Shown here: one piece after another, positions 29,589 through 36,597 of the stretch
Layout of the letters: every line of letters starts with the position of its first letter
Numbering within the stretch: the first letter of the stretch is position 1
Virus record (IMG/VR): IMGVR_UViG_3300030372_003811
Coordinates: 1 to 63,301 of that record
Source of the DNA: a virus
Taxonomy: Duplodnaviria > Caudoviricetes
Length of the DNA stretch: 63,301 nt
Reading direction: 5' to 3' (one strand)
Made by a program: the position numbers and the translations under genes
The notes under the pieces: generated by a model
What the model was told of the DNA's origin: nothing
Seen by the model: only the letters and a program-made list of their open reading frames with translations
Database searches by the model: none

Positions 29589-30027
29589 ACATCCTAACAC
29601 TCTTTTACGAGGACCTAATGAAAAAATAGAATTTCCTTTAAGTGAAGAAAATAAAATTATAATACAAAACATGATTACTCTTATGTATTTAGAAAATGGT
29701 ATAGGTCTTGCTGCTAACCAGACCGGTTACAACCGACAAATTTTTGTAATGGATGTATCTAATGAAAGAAACCACGCTCAAGTATTTATTAATCCAATTG
29801 TATTATCTAAAAATAATAAAAAAGTAAAACATACGGAAGGCTGTTTATCTTGTCCTGGTGAATTAGTTACAGTACAAAGATCTATAACAGTTGATTTAGA
29901 ATGGACGTGCCGTCATGGAAAACTACAACATAAAACATTTAGTTATCTACCTAGTAAGGTAGTTCAACATGAAATGGATCACTTAAATGGAAAGTTAATT
30001 ATTGATGAAAAAAAATCTAAAATATAG
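29575..30027 (+). CDS. def: Peptide deformylase
   Basis: GIGLAANQ, EGCLS, QHEMDHLNG. Confidence 0.95.
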   Translation: MKLIKHPNTLLRGPNEKIEFPLSEENKIIIQNMITLMYLENGIGLAANQTGYNRQIFVMDVSNERNHAQVFINPIVLSKNNKKVKHTEGCLSCPGELVTVQRSITVDLEWTCRHGKLQHKTFSYLPSKVVQHEMDHLNGKLIIDEKKSKI

Positions 30028-30739
30028 ATATCCCAAATCTGTTCGTGAAGAGGTGGAAGGAAAACGCCATTATGTTTATGGTAAAGATAAATTACCGAGT
30101 GTTACAACGATTCTAAGTGCTACCTCACCCAAGGAAAAGGAAGATAGTCTCGCGAGTTGGCGAGCGCGGATCGGTGAAGAAGCGGCAGCGAAGATTACTA
30201 AAGAGAGCGCCGAGCGCGGAACGGCGATGCACAAGATTCTAGAAAAATATATTCTTGAAGAAGGTTATTTAGATTTAACTAATGTAGGTAAACAAGCTCA
30301 CAACATGGCGATCAGAGTAATTGAACAAGGCTTATGTAATGTTCCAGAATTTTATGGAATTGAATGTACTCTTTTTTATCCTGGTCTATACGCAGGCCAA
30401 ACAGATTTAGTGGCTCTTCATAAAGATGAACCAGCAATAATAGATTTTAAACAAACGAATAAACCAAAACGAAGGGAATGGATTGAAGACTACTGTCTAC
30501 AATTAGCTGCATATGGAATGGCCCATGACTATATGCACAAAACAACAATTAACAAAGGTGTGATAATGATGTGTTCTAAAGACAATTTTTATCAAGAATT
30601 TGTTATTCAAGGGGAACAATATAAACAATACAAATACAAATGGTTAGGAAGGATAAGTCAATACTATGCAAAGAGAACCAATGATGAACGCAAGAATGGA
30701 CAAGTTGAACAAACTAGCGAATCAAGCGAACAAAACTGA
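30002..30739 (+). CDS. PD-(D/E)xK exonuclease
   Basis: LPSVTTIL, RGTAMH, AGQTD, IIDFKQ, QLAAY. Confidence 0.88.
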   Translation: MMKKNLKYRYPKSVREEVEGKRHYVYGKDKLPSVTTILSATSPKEKEDSLASWRARIGEEAAAKITKESAERGTAMHKILEKYILEEGYLDLTNVGKQAHNMAIRVIEQGLCNVPEFYGIECTLFYPGLYAGQTDLVALHKDEPAIIDFKQTNKPKRREWIEDYCLQLAAYGMAHDYMHKTTINKGVIMMCSKDNFYQEFVIQGEQYKQYKYKWLGRISQYYAKRTNDERKNGQVEQTSESSEQN

Positions 30740-30839
30740 TGACGAAGATTTGAAAAGAATCTGGACTAATCAGTGGTATAAATTATGTCGAGAATATGGC
30801 AATGAAATAAGGGAGAGAAATGAAAAAGAAAAAAAATAA
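30681..30839 (+). CDS. Hypothetical protein, 52 aa (not in ORF track)
   Basis: MMNARMDKLNKLAN...KRIWTNQWYKL; bridges its neighbours. Confidence 0.55.
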   Translation: MMNARMDKLNKLANQANKTDDEDLKRIWTNQWYKLCREYGNEIRERNEKEKK

Positions 30840-31143
30840 AGCAGAACCTAAAGCAGAAAAATGGGCAGCAATGAATCCTTGGTTTGGTAAACATAAAGGG
30901 CTCACATATCTTGCTTTTGATATTCATGAAGAATTAGTGAACTTAGGAATTAGTCCGCGTTCTAAATTATATTATAATTTAATTGATATGGTTATGTTTC
31001 TTTTTATGTCCAAGAATGCCAAACTTAAAAGAAATTATGGCAAAAAAAAGACAGTACGTTTAACTCCAGCACAAGTAGATATAGCAGAAAAATTAGGTGT
31101 TCCTTTAAAAGCATACGCCACAGAATTAAGGAGGTGGTGGTGA
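30820..31143 (+). CDS. Stand-alone paralog of the scaffold C-terminal domain
   Basis: PKAE.WA..NPWFG...AF.IH..LV...KKTVRL.P.QV.IA...GVPL..YA matches 48953..49945. Confidence 0.8.
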   Translation: MKKKKNKAEPKAEKWAAMNPWFGKHKGLTYLAFDIHEELVNLGISPRSKLYYNLIDMVMFLFMSKNAKLKRNYGKKKTVRLTPAQVDIAEKLGVPLKAYATELRRWW

Positions 31144-31376
31144 GAGTAAGAGATTTACAAGAAGTACTAGCTAAGTTTACCAATGGACAAAAGGGTACAA
31201 TGATATCTGATTGTCATATCTATATAGAATCCATGGATGGATTCTTAGAGGACCTAAGACGTATAGAACTACAAGAAAGTAAAATTGTAGGCTCTATGGA
31301 GCCAGCAAGAGTAGTTTTTAAGGCTGATAAAGATCGGATGTTTAAAAATAGATCTGGAACTTGGAGAAGAACTTAA
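31134..31376 (+). CDS. Hypothetical protein
   Basis: Coupled ORF with AGGAGG. Confidence 0.65.
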   Translation: MVVRVRDLQEVLAKFTNGQKGTMISDCHIYIESMDGFLEDLRRIELQESKIVGSMEPARVVFKADKDRMFKNRSGTWRRT

Positions 31377-31436
31377 AGAATTCCTAAGGGAATATGGTCA
31401 GACCCGGGGCTATTGAAGCTAGCGTGGAGATAGCCC

Positions 31437-31465
31437 TTGACATTACTCCCATAATATCTTATATT
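31437..31465 (+). promoter_or_regulatory. Sigma70 promoter with a TCCCATA box in the spacer
   Basis: TTGACA-17-TATATT. Confidence 0.75.
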
Positions 31466-31496
31466 ATACTATAAACAAACAAAAGGAAAAATAAAT

Positions 31497-32060
31497 ATGA
31501 GCACAAGAAGTAATATAGCAATAGAAGACCCAAAGACAAAAAAGGTAAAAGTTATCTATGTCCATAGTGATGGTTATCCTTATGGTGTAGGTGATACTTT
31601 GGTTAAACATTACAACACTTATAATAAAGCCAAGCAGCTTTTTAAATATGGAGACGCGTCTTATTTAGCAGATACCATGGAAGAGTGTAGTTTTTATAAT
31701 CGTGATTGGGGTAGAAAAGAAGGACCCGCAAGATCTTATAGGGATGAGTGGATGTATATGCATAATATGACAGGCGATTTTATGATTGAATATATTTATA
31801 TATTCAAAGATAATAGATGGCATGTATCAACTTCAAAATATGTTTCTGATAAGATTATAAAAAATTCTTATAATAGTATTAGTTACTGGACGAAGTTTGA
31901 GCCAGTCAGCTTGAACAAGGAATATATCAAATACAAAGACAAACATGAAAAACACGCTGAGGTTAAGATGATCGGTCAAATTGGAAAACTCTTGAGTGGT
32001 GCTGGCTTTAAAGATGATGATGTTATAATTCAAGGTGGGAAAGTAAATAAAATAAACTAA
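31497..32060 (+). CDS. Conserved phage protein (YxHxDGYP motif)
   Basis: MSTRSNI...IYVHSDGYP...EYIYIF; own promoter. Confidence 0.75.
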   Translation: MSTRSNIAIEDPKTKKVKVIYVHSDGYPYGVGDTLVKHYNTYNKAKQLFKYGDASYLADTMEECSFYNRDWGRKEGPARSYRDEWMYMHNMTGDFMIEYIYIFKDNRWHVSTSKYVSDKIIKNSYNSISYWTKFEPVSLNKEYIKYKDKHEKHAEVKMIGQIGKLLSGAGFKDDDVIIQGGKVNKIN

Positions 32061-32061
32061 T

Positions 32062-32247
32062 ATGAAATATACATTTACAATTTTAGAAGATGGACAAGCC
32101 GAAGAGAAAAAAGAAGGCATGTCTTATAAAAGAATGTTAAAATCTTTAGTGACAGCTAACCCAAAATGGACTGGCTGGATAAAATATATTAACAAAAAGA
32201 ATAAAGAAATATTACATAGTATTTCAAACGGAAAAAGAATTTCCTAA
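32062..32247 (+). CDS. Hypothetical protein
   Basis: ORF following 31497. Confidence 0.65.
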   Translation: MKYTFTILEDGQAEEKKEGMSYKRMLKSLVTANPKWTGWIKYINKKNKEILHSISNGKRIS

Positions 32248-32249
32248 GT

Positions 32250-32390
32250 TATACGTTAATGACCAATTAGTAGGCGTCCATGTTATGCTTCGCGCTTTCC
32301 TCTGTACGTTAGCAATGACCTGAAAGGGTAGCAACCAACGTTGGCCGGTTACCACTGCGTTCTTTGATCAAGATGGTGGTGCCGCGTATA
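32250..32390. ncRNA. Putative multi-stem structured RNA
   Basis: TATACG/CGTATA closing helix, ACCT-GAAA-GGGT, ACGTT/AACGT, ACCAC/GTGGT. Confidence 0.45.
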
Positions 32391-32395
32391 TGATA

Positions 32396-32710
32396 TGTGA
32401 CATTTATGTCACACTCTTTGTTCCACTATAAGAGAAATTTTGACCCCTTTAATTTTTTTTCAGAGTAAAAAAAAATACCGTGGCACAGTGGCACAAAGCC
32501 CTTTTTTGACCTATTAGTGTTGGTATAAGCGAATAGTAGCTGTTCCGCGACGTCCAAATATGGTGGCACAGCTTGGCACAAATGGCGTCTTTATTGAATA
32601 GTAGACGATTCTGCCGTGGCACAGTCAAATAAGCATTGGTTTTACTAGCTTTTTCAATTTATGTACTCGGCGTGCGCGACCCTTTTTTGTTTTTATAAAA
32701 ACTTTTTTGC
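32396..32710. other. Candidate replication origin (iterons, palindrome, A/T tracts)
   Basis: TGGCACA x5, TGTGACAT-TT-ATGTCACA palindrome, T/A runs; non-coding. Confidence 0.55.
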
Positions 32711-32740
32711 CTAAAATCTCTCCTTATAGTATAAAACCAT

Positions 32741-33031
32741 ATGCCAAAATCTAGGAAGAAGTCTAAGTTTAGACATATTATAATTAAAAAAAAGAAATAT
32801 TATTTTTATAAAATCACGTGGTCTGATATCACGGGTGATGCCGGCCATGCTACAGTAGAAGAATTTGAAAAGTTTAAACCAAGTACAATGATTACTCAGG
32901 CATATGTATTTAAAAAAGATAGAAAAAACTTATGGACTTTTGCTAGTTATGAAGAAGGGGATGAGTTATTTTCTGATAGAAATGTCTATCCTCTTGGGTG
33001 TATAATGAAGATGGAGAAAATAAATTTATGA
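32741..33031 (+). CDS. Conserved hypothetical phage protein
   Basis: ITWSDITGD...YP.GCI.KM. Confidence 0.7.
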   Translation: MPKSRKKSKFRHIIIKKKKYYFYKITWSDITGDAGHATVEEFEKFKPSTMITQAYVFKKDRKNLWTFASYEEGDELFSDRNVYPLGCIMKMEKINL

Positions 33032-33132
33032 TAAAAGATTTAAAAACTAAAGCTGAACACATTTGGTTGATGCATAGAGAGTATATCATCGGCGGTGTTG
33101 TTGGTTTTATATTAGGTGCTCTTATATTTTAA
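33028..33132 (+). CDS. 34-aa membrane peptide (not in ORF track)
   Basis: YIIGGVVGFILGALIF; coupled to genes on both sides. Confidence 0.6.
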   Translation: MIKDLKTKAEHIWLMHREYIIGGVVGFILGALIF

Positions 33133-33380
33133 TGAAATCATTGGTGGCTAGTACAACGCTAGTTGCACTAAAAGATTTAGTGTCTGCTAGGTTAAAAGAT
33201 TCTTACGTTGAACATCCTGACGATTTAAAATATCATGAAGTTGAACAAGCTATTACCAAAGATGGTTTATTAAACCCAATAAGAGTAGAAAAGAAAACTA
33301 TGAAAGTTATACAAGGCAATCAACGTTGTTGGTATGCTAAAAAGAATGGCTATACTCATATTTCAGTAACATATATATGA
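33132..33380 (+). CDS. Minimal ParB/Srx-like domain protein
   Basis: ITKDGLLNPIRV...VIQGNQRCWYAK. Confidence 0.7.
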   Translation: MKSLVASTTLVALKDLVSARLKDSYVEHPDDLKYHEVEQAITKDGLLNPIRVEKKTMKVIQGNQRCWYAKKNGYTHISVTYI

Positions 33381-33643
33381 AGTTCTTAACGGCTAATACA
33401 GCTGGACCCGGTGTATCTGTCATTAAACTTGATGACATACCCAAGACTCGTAAGACTAAATTACCTGGTTGCAATGAAACTGAAATTTATATAGCATTAG
33501 AAAAAGATTTATTAAAAAATGGAATGCAATATCCAATTGAAATTAAAAAAAGTGATGGCACTGTTATCAGAGGTGATCAGCGTTGTCTCTTCGCAAGGAA
33601 AAATAAATATACACACATCTCTTACGTTCTAGTAGATGAATAA
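33377..33643 (+). CDS. Minimal ParB/Srx-like domain protein (paralog)
   Basis: LLKNGMQYPIEI...VIRGDQRCLFAR. Confidence 0.7.
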   Translation: MKFLTANTAGPGVSVIKLDDIPKTRKTKLPGCNETEIYIALEKDLLKNGMQYPIEIKKSDGTVIRGDQRCLFARKNKYTHISYVLVDE

Positions 33644-33800
33644 AAAAAATCCAACACTAACGAGGAATATGCCCAATGTTAAATGGAAACAAATCCCACC
33701 ACTTAAAGGCCCAGACTCCCAAGGAATCAAAGCCCCAGTTAGTCAACCCAAACCATTACGATTTGGAAAAATACTTACTATTTCCAGGAAGAAAACTTAA
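33636..33800 (+). CDS. Small basic protein, 54 aa (not in ORF track)
   Basis: MNKKNPTLTRNMPNVKWKQIPPLKGPDSQG; preferred over the TTG/GTG-type 33676 frame. Confidence 0.5.
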   Translation: MNKKNPTLTRNMPNVKWKQIPPLKGPDSQGIKAPVSQPKPLRFGKILTISRKKT

Positions 33801-34303
33801 TTTAGTTTTTTTAAAGTTTGTGGTTTTTCATCTTTCAGTGATGATGCTTCTACTGCTGTACCTTCTATAAGGTCTTTGTGATCTTCTAATATTTTTTTCA
33901 TCTTATCTTTTATTTCTTGTTCAGATAAGTTATCTACATTGGCAGACAAGATTAACTTTTGATCCACATACAATCCGCCGGCCTTACCTCTCGCTACCTC
34001 TGCATTGGTTGCTGCACTCCATGCACCTTTAGCTCTGGCGTCGTCTCTAATTTTTGCAAGCTCAGTAATATGTCTTTCAAATGATATACCGTATTTCTCT
34101 TGGACTTCAGCTCTCAACTCTCCTATATACTTAACTACTAATGGAGATATTTTTGGACTTCTTAACTCTGATGCAGCTTGTCTGGGACGTGTTTTATACC
34201 CTGCTTGATATGCTGCTTCAGATGCTGACATTCTGCCTTCGTTATATACTAATAACTCTGCAAACTTTATTTGTCTTTCTGTTAATTTGGCTGGTACTCC
34301 CAT
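33797..34303 (-). CDS. terS: Terminase small subunit
   Basis: LTERQIKFA...SEAAYQAGY...ASEL HTH; ARGKAGGLYVD; ATG start at 34303. Confidence 0.8.
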   Translation of the reverse strand: MGVPAKLTERQIKFAELLVYNEGRMSASEAAYQAGYKTRPRQAASELRSPKISPLVVKYIGELRAEVQEKYGISFERHITELAKIRDDARAKGAWSAATNAEVARGKAGGLYVDQKLILSANVDNLSEQEIKDKMKKILEDHKDLIEGTAVEASSLKDEKPQTLKKLN

Positions 34304-34306
34304 AGA

Positions 34307-34339
34307 TTGACTTATAACGTAATCTGACGTACAAGTCAA
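34307..34339. promoter_or_regulatory. Palindromic overlapping divergent promoters, predicted leaderless mRNAs
   Basis: TTGACT-17-TACAAG (+) and TTGACT-17-TATAAG (-); start codons lie 6-7 nt after each -10. Confidence 0.6.
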
Positions 34340-34341
34340 TT

Positions 34342-34500
34342 GTGAGAGTAATCATAATATTAATACTATTATCTGGCTGTGCAAAGGACTACGATCTTAA
34401 TCCTTTTACTACAGTTATGAGACAAATTTATAAGGCACAGTACGATGAAACCAGAGACAAAACTTTGGCAACTATTAAAGAAAAACACACCCAAAATTAG
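34342..34500 (+). CDS. Small lipoprotein, 52 aa (not in ORF track)
   Basis: MRVIIILILLSGC lipobox. Confidence 0.6.
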   Translation: MRVIIILILLSGCAKDYDLNPFTTVMRQIYKAQYDETRDKTLATIKEKHTQN

Positions 34501-34828
34501 GTGGACTAGACTGGAGTCTTGGAGTTCATTTGGTACTCCAGATCTGTTGGGTTATGCTGATTCTTGTGGTTTTTTTATGGTTGAGCTAAAGATTACAGAC
34601 AACAAAAAAGTAAGGTTTAGTCCTCACCAAATCCTCTTCCATTCCACTATGACAAACCGTAATTTTATTTTGGTCCAACAAAGCCCGAAGGGCTCTCCTC
34701 GGTCCATAAAACTTTATGGAAGCTCATCGATCCTCGGTCTGCTTGAAGACTGCCGAGAAGTCCCAGCTCTGGCTGTGGATGATTGGGACAACATTCAACG
34801 CTTGTTGCTTGCGGATCGTTTAGACTGA
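34445..34828 (+). CDS. PD-(D/E)xK nuclease (VRR-NUC / Holliday junction resolvase-like)
   Basis: MKPETKLW, GTPDLLG, VELK, SPHQ. Confidence 0.8.
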   Translation: MKPETKLWQLLKKNTPKIRWTRLESWSSFGTPDLLGYADSCGFFMVELKITDNKKVRFSPHQILFHSTMTNRNFILVQQSPKGSPRSIKLYGSSSILGLLEDCREVPALAVDDWDNIQRLLLADRLD

Positions 34829-34941
34829 TCGCTTGATCGCTTGCGCTCGCGCGCTTGCCCGCTTGGGCGCTTGATCGCTTGTTCCTTCGCGATTCGCTTG
34901 AGCTCTTTGTAGTATTTGGGATGCTTCCACACGTGAGTCAC
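34795..34941 (-). CDS. Basic 48-aa peptide reading through the GCTTG repeat tract
   Basis: GTG start 4 nt after the GP88 stop; VWKHPKYYKELKRIAK... Confidence 0.45.
   Translation of the reverse strand: MTHVWKHPKYYKELKRIAKEQAIKRPSGQARERKRSSDQSKRSASNKR
34800..34900 (+). repeat. GCTTG repeat tract, mostly 8-nt period
   Basis: GCTTG at 34800, 34807, 34831, 34839, 34853, 34861, 34869, 34877, 34896. Confidence 0.85.
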
Positions 34942-34945
34942 TTCA

Positions 34946-35554
34946 TTAATGCTTGCCGTAACTTACATTGTCAATTGATCGATCCCAACACTGGCGACAG
35001 CTGCCACATTGGCCGCCCTGGTTAGGAGCCGGACAGGACGCCTGGCCCTGCCCGCTTGTCACGGTAGAAGTCCACGGCCAGAATTTCACTGGCCCTTGGT
35101 CTACCATGTGAGAAGACATTCTAATGATTAAATTTTCTGGAACCTCTTCAGGCTTCACCTGCTGTAAGATCGACGCCTCTCGCGTTGGCATCCAGTGCTG
35201 CGTCTCTGGTGTTAATTCGCAAACTTTAAAAATTTTCTTTAAATGATCTAGATCCTGTATGTCTCCGGCGTCATGCCATCTAAAAAATTTCTGTCTTATA
35301 ATCTGCGCAACCATAGCCGCGACCCAGCGTTGATCCTTCAGGCTGTCGAGTCTTACATATTGCGCAGCTTTAATAGCTTTGTATCTTGTGTAGTTACCCT
35401 TCAGGGCGTAACAGCTGGCACAGACAGAGCCTGGAACCTTCCGCAGCTTCGAGCCTGTTTTGCATTCCCAGGCCGGCAGGCTGTAACTCAGGCCTGGCAT
35501 CTTACTTGTCCGGGTTAATGATCCTGTAATTTGTTTTGCTTCTTTTATTTTCAT
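34946..35554 (-). CDS. GP88-family protein (Fe-S / radical SAM-like)
   Basis: SKMPG.SYSLPA..CKTG...SVCASCYA, FRWHDAGD, WMPTRE, C-terminal CPA...CGSCRQCW. Confidence 0.8.
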   Translation of the reverse strand: MKIKEAKQITGSLTRTSKMPGLSYSLPAWECKTGSKLRKVPGSVCASCYALKGNYTRYKAIKAAQYVRLDSLKDQRWVAAMVAQIIRQKFFRWHDAGDIQDLDHLKKIFKVCELTPETQHWMPTREASILQQVKPEEVPENLIIRMSSHMVDQGPVKFWPWTSTVTSGQGQASCPAPNQGGQCGSCRQCWDRSIDNVSYGKH

Positions 35555-35640
35555 AACTTCTCACTCCTTTTAATACTCTTATATAATCCCATACATTTAA
35601 ATGTCAAGAATTTAATTTGCTTGACAGCTTGGGCCCCTCA

Positions 35641-35663
35641 TGTTACCGGGCGGGCCCACCCAG
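35641..35663 (+). repeat. GC-rich dispersed repeat, copy 1
   Basis: TGTTACCGGGCGGGCCCACCCAG. Confidence 0.85.
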
Positions 35664-35723
35664 CTCGAGCGCTTGATCGCTTGCTCTCTTTTAATTTTTT
35701 TTACTTTAGAATCATTCTAAACT

Positions 35724-36007
35724 GGATCAGGTGACAGTATACGCATAAAGCGGCCAGTCATCTGATCCCAGATCCTATATGCATTTTACTTTATCGATCG
35801 ACACATAGGATCAGGGATCAGCAGTCAGTGCCCTATCGCCGTTCGAGATATCTCAACGCGATGAAATACCAGCGATTCACTTCCTGCTACTGATCCCAGA
35901 TCCATTGCAGAGTTTTCTCTCTGGTTTATCAATGGATCAGGGATCAGTTCTGGTGGTGGACGTCTAAGACTTATTATAAGTGAGCCTACCACAACCAGAA
36001 GTTGTCC
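35724..36007. ncRNA. Array of five contiguous hairpins with alternating inverted 14-nt repeats
   Basis: CTGATCCCAGATCC at 35762 and 35890; GGATCAGGGATCAG at 35808 and 35934; unique self-complementary inserts. Confidence 0.75.
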
Positions 36008-36014
36008 CCATTTA

Positions 36015-36200
36015 TTAACTATTTCTAGTTATAAATTCTTCAGTGAGTTTTTCTGCTTCCTCCTCAATCTCACTTTCCATTTTAGAATAATATGGAGAGC
36101 CCTTATCAGGCCCCCAACTTATTATTCCTTGAAAATATTTATTATATAAGTCATCTAAAATATTTTCATATGTTGTTTCTTTAATATATTTTAAATCCAT
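36015..36200 (-). CDS. Early hypothetical acidic protein
   Basis: GGAGG RBS; coupled to 36200..36406. Confidence 0.65.
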   Translation of the reverse strand: MDLKYIKETTYENILDDLYNKYFQGIISWGPDKGSPYYSKMESEIEEEAEKLTEEFITRNS

Positions 36201-36406
36201 TACGCCACCTCCTCTGTTAAGATTAAAGCTGGATTTTCTTGTGCTGGAACAATAAAGAACATTATATTGTCATTGTCCTCTAATAGACTTAAAGCAGACA
36301 GATACTGATTTGCCTCTTTAACTGTATTAGCATATTTCTCAACTCTATACTCGGGTTTCATATTTGAATTTTTAATATGAAATTTTCTTATTATTAAGTA
36401 TATCAT
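36200..36406 (-). CDS. Early hypothetical protein
   Basis: AAAGGAGTGA RBS; own promoter. Confidence 0.7.
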   Translation of the reverse strand: MIYLIIRKFHIKNSNMKPEYRVEKYANTVKEANQYLSALSLLEDNDNIMFFIVPAQENPALILTEEVA

Positions 36407-36431
36407 TTTTCACTCCTTTGTTTATATAGTT

Positions 36432-36460
36432 ACATTAACAGATATTCCCATAGTAGTAAA
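36432..36460 (-). promoter_or_regulatory. Leftward early promoter with a TATGGGA box
   Basis: TTTACT-17-TAATGT with extended TG. Confidence 0.6.
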
Positions 36461-36480
36461 GAGCCAAAATGTCGCAGGCA

Positions 36481-36512
36481 ATATTCCTGTTTACGGGCGG
36501 GCCCACCCCAGA
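36481..36512 (+). repeat. GC-rich dispersed repeat, copy 2
   Basis: ATATTCCTGTTTACGGGCGGGCCCACCCCAGA. Confidence 0.9.
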
Positions 36513-36535
36513 AGAAAAAAAAAATAAAAAAAGAT

Positions 36536-36570
36536 TTGACTTATATTTTTATTTAATATATATTCCCATA
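36536..36570 (+). promoter_or_regulatory. Early promoter plus TCCCATA box
   Basis: TTGACT-17-TATATT-CCCATA. Confidence 0.75.
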
Positions 36571-36597
36571 TATGTTAAAACAAACAAAAGGAGTGAA

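Noticed and set aside
32250-32390. Hammerhead, HDV-like ribozyme or tmRNA
   Set aside because: Could not place the catalytic core motifs or a tag reading frame.
32396-32413. CRP site
   Set aside because: TGTGA-N8-TCACA has the wrong spacing (canonical N6); kept only as a palindrome.
35273-35734. Plus-strand ORFs 35273..35518 and 35531..35734
   Set aside because: Antisense to GP88 or running over its promoter and repeats; no RBS.
35815-35896. tRNA in hairpin 3 (contains GTTCGAG)
   Set aside because: No cloverleaf, D-arm or anticodon arm could be built.
35724-36007. CRISPR or TIGR array
   Set aside because: Repeats are 14 nt and alternate in orientation, inserts vary from 30 to 68 nt and are self-complementary, and no Cas or Nop-domain protein is recognisable.
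36469-36597. N-terminal extension of the 380-aa ORF
   Set aside because: It spans a repeat and a promoter; the RBS supports the start at 36598.
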